64,000 nucleotides of DNA, taken from positions 1 to 64,000 of the IMG/VR virus record IMGVR_UViG_3300042197_004116, one strand, 5' to 3'. A program made the position numbers and the translations under genes. The notes under the pieces are model-generated. The model ran no database searches. It saw nothing but the letters and a program-made list of their open reading frames with translations, and was not told where the DNA came from. The DNA comes from a virus. Positions 63,344 through 64,000 of the stretch are shown piece by piece (positions within the stretch are counted from its first letter, which is position 1; each line of letters opens with the position of its first letter).

Positions 63344-63523
63344 ATGATATCTGAATTTTTTGAATTAGAAAAACCTTGCCCAAACGAGATTAAAGACTGT
63401 GAACAGTGGAGAGAACAATACAAAAAGGATTTGGCAGAATTAAATCCAAGAGTTTGTAAACCATGTGCTTTAAACAGCTTAAAAGCAAAATATATAAATA
63501 TTTTTGCCTCTCAAGGTAAATGA
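63344..63523 (+). CDS. 4-Cys mini-protein, 59 aa (missing from the ORF track)
   Basis: Manual translation MISEFFELEKPCPNEIKDCEQWREQYKKDLAELNPRVCKPCALNSLKAKYINIFASQGK; TATAAATA (63331-38)-N5-ATG; ATGA overlap with the next gene. Confidence 0.8.
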   Translation: MISEFFELEKPCPNEIKDCEQWREQYKKDLAELNPRVCKPCALNSLKAKYINIFASQGK

Positions 63524-63837
63524 TAGATTTATTTTACTCTTATATAACTGCCCAGGCCTTTATATTATTCTGGTTTTATTCACCCCTTAAAACTTCCTTA
63601 TATAAACTATTAACAGGTAAATTTAGTCTTAACAATGAAGATTTTGATACATACCTACTTTGCAAAAGTACTCTTTTTAAAGTTTTTACTTGTACGTTTT
63701 GTTTAGGTTTTTGGACAAGTCTAATTACCAGTTTATATTTTAATTCAGGTTTTGAACCTATTATAGTAAGCTGGGCCTTTTCTATTACTTTCTTATATTT
63801 GTTTGAAAATTTTTTAAATTTCATAAAAAGGAGTTGA
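63520..63837 (+). CDS. Small membrane protein with CxxC (DUF1360-like)
   Basis: About three hydrophobic segments; FTCTFCLGFW motif. Confidence 0.65.
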   Translation: MIDLFYSYITAQAFILFWFYSPLKTSLYKLLTGKFSLNNEDFDTYLLCKSTLFKVFTCTFCLGFWTSLITSLYFNSGFEPIIVSWAFSITFLYLFENFLNFIKRS

Positions 63838-63869
63838 TTAAGTAAAAATTAAATTTAATATATATTTAT

Positions 63870-64000
63870 ATGGATAACCCCGCAGAAGAATTCAATACAG
63901 ATATAACAGTTGGTGATTTGAAGGTGCTGGCTAGTATTATTGAGCTAGCATCTTCGAAAGGTCTTTTTAAGCCAGCAGATCTAACTAACGTTGGTCAGGT
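63870..64000 (+). CDS. Partial small phage protein (runs off the window)
   Basis: MDNPAEEFNTDITVGDLKVLASIIELASSKGLFKPADLTNVGQ...; TTGATT upstream. Confidence 0.6.
   Translation, partial: MDNPAEEFNTDITVGDLKVLASIIELASSKGLFKPADLTNVGQ

Noticed and set aside
1282-63824. Numerous short ORFs nested in or antisense to major genes (e.g. 1282, 3616, 8672, 30965, 51023, 63576)
   Set aside because: They overlap well-supported genes and lack motifs or the start-proximal promoter signal.
1-64000. Stop-codon reassignment, tRNA or rRNA genes
   Set aside because: Long genes are intact in the standard code with high coding density and end in TAA, TGA or TAG. Intergenic gaps are too short and no cloverleaf was seen.

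Overview
This window is part of an AT-rich, T4-like large myovirus genome read in the standard genetic code. All assignments come from reading the sequence; no searches were run, so family calls rest on recognisable motifs and synteny. 1-20.7 kb holds the packaging and tail core: terminase large subunit, gp3-like terminator, sheath, tube, baseplate hub and wedge genes, and a tape-measure-like gene. A probable terminase small subunit, a dUTPase and a gp44 clamp loader are inserted among them. 20.7-49.3 kb is a large baseplate, fibre and adhesin region. It encodes PKD, beta-propeller, LRR, L-lectin, RCC1, LamG, Mtd-N, S74 chaperone and three gp38-like Gly-rich domains, several of them displayed on long Pro-Thr stalks. 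49.4-63.8 kb is a compositionally distinct, strand-switching island of tailoring enzymes: two glycosyltransferases, two SAM methyltransferases, five Fe(II)/2OG or cupin oxygenases, a SPASM/twitch radical SAM enzyme, two putative ABBA (PT-barrel) prenyltransferase-like paralogs and an asparagine synthetase-like amidotransferase. It also has two 4-Cys mini-proteins and a CxxC membrane protein. Over 20 genes, including several island genes, carry a T4-type late promoter core (TAAATA/TAAGTA) only 5-7 nt before the start codon with no evident Shine-Dalgarno, which implies leaderless late mRNAs. The best candidate for an undescribed system is a late-expressed virion post-translational decoration pathway: the enzyme island acting on Pro-Thr stalks, a pervasive hydrophobic-Ser/Thr-small motif and Trp/Cys-rich adhesin loops, possibly with its own disulfide relay.
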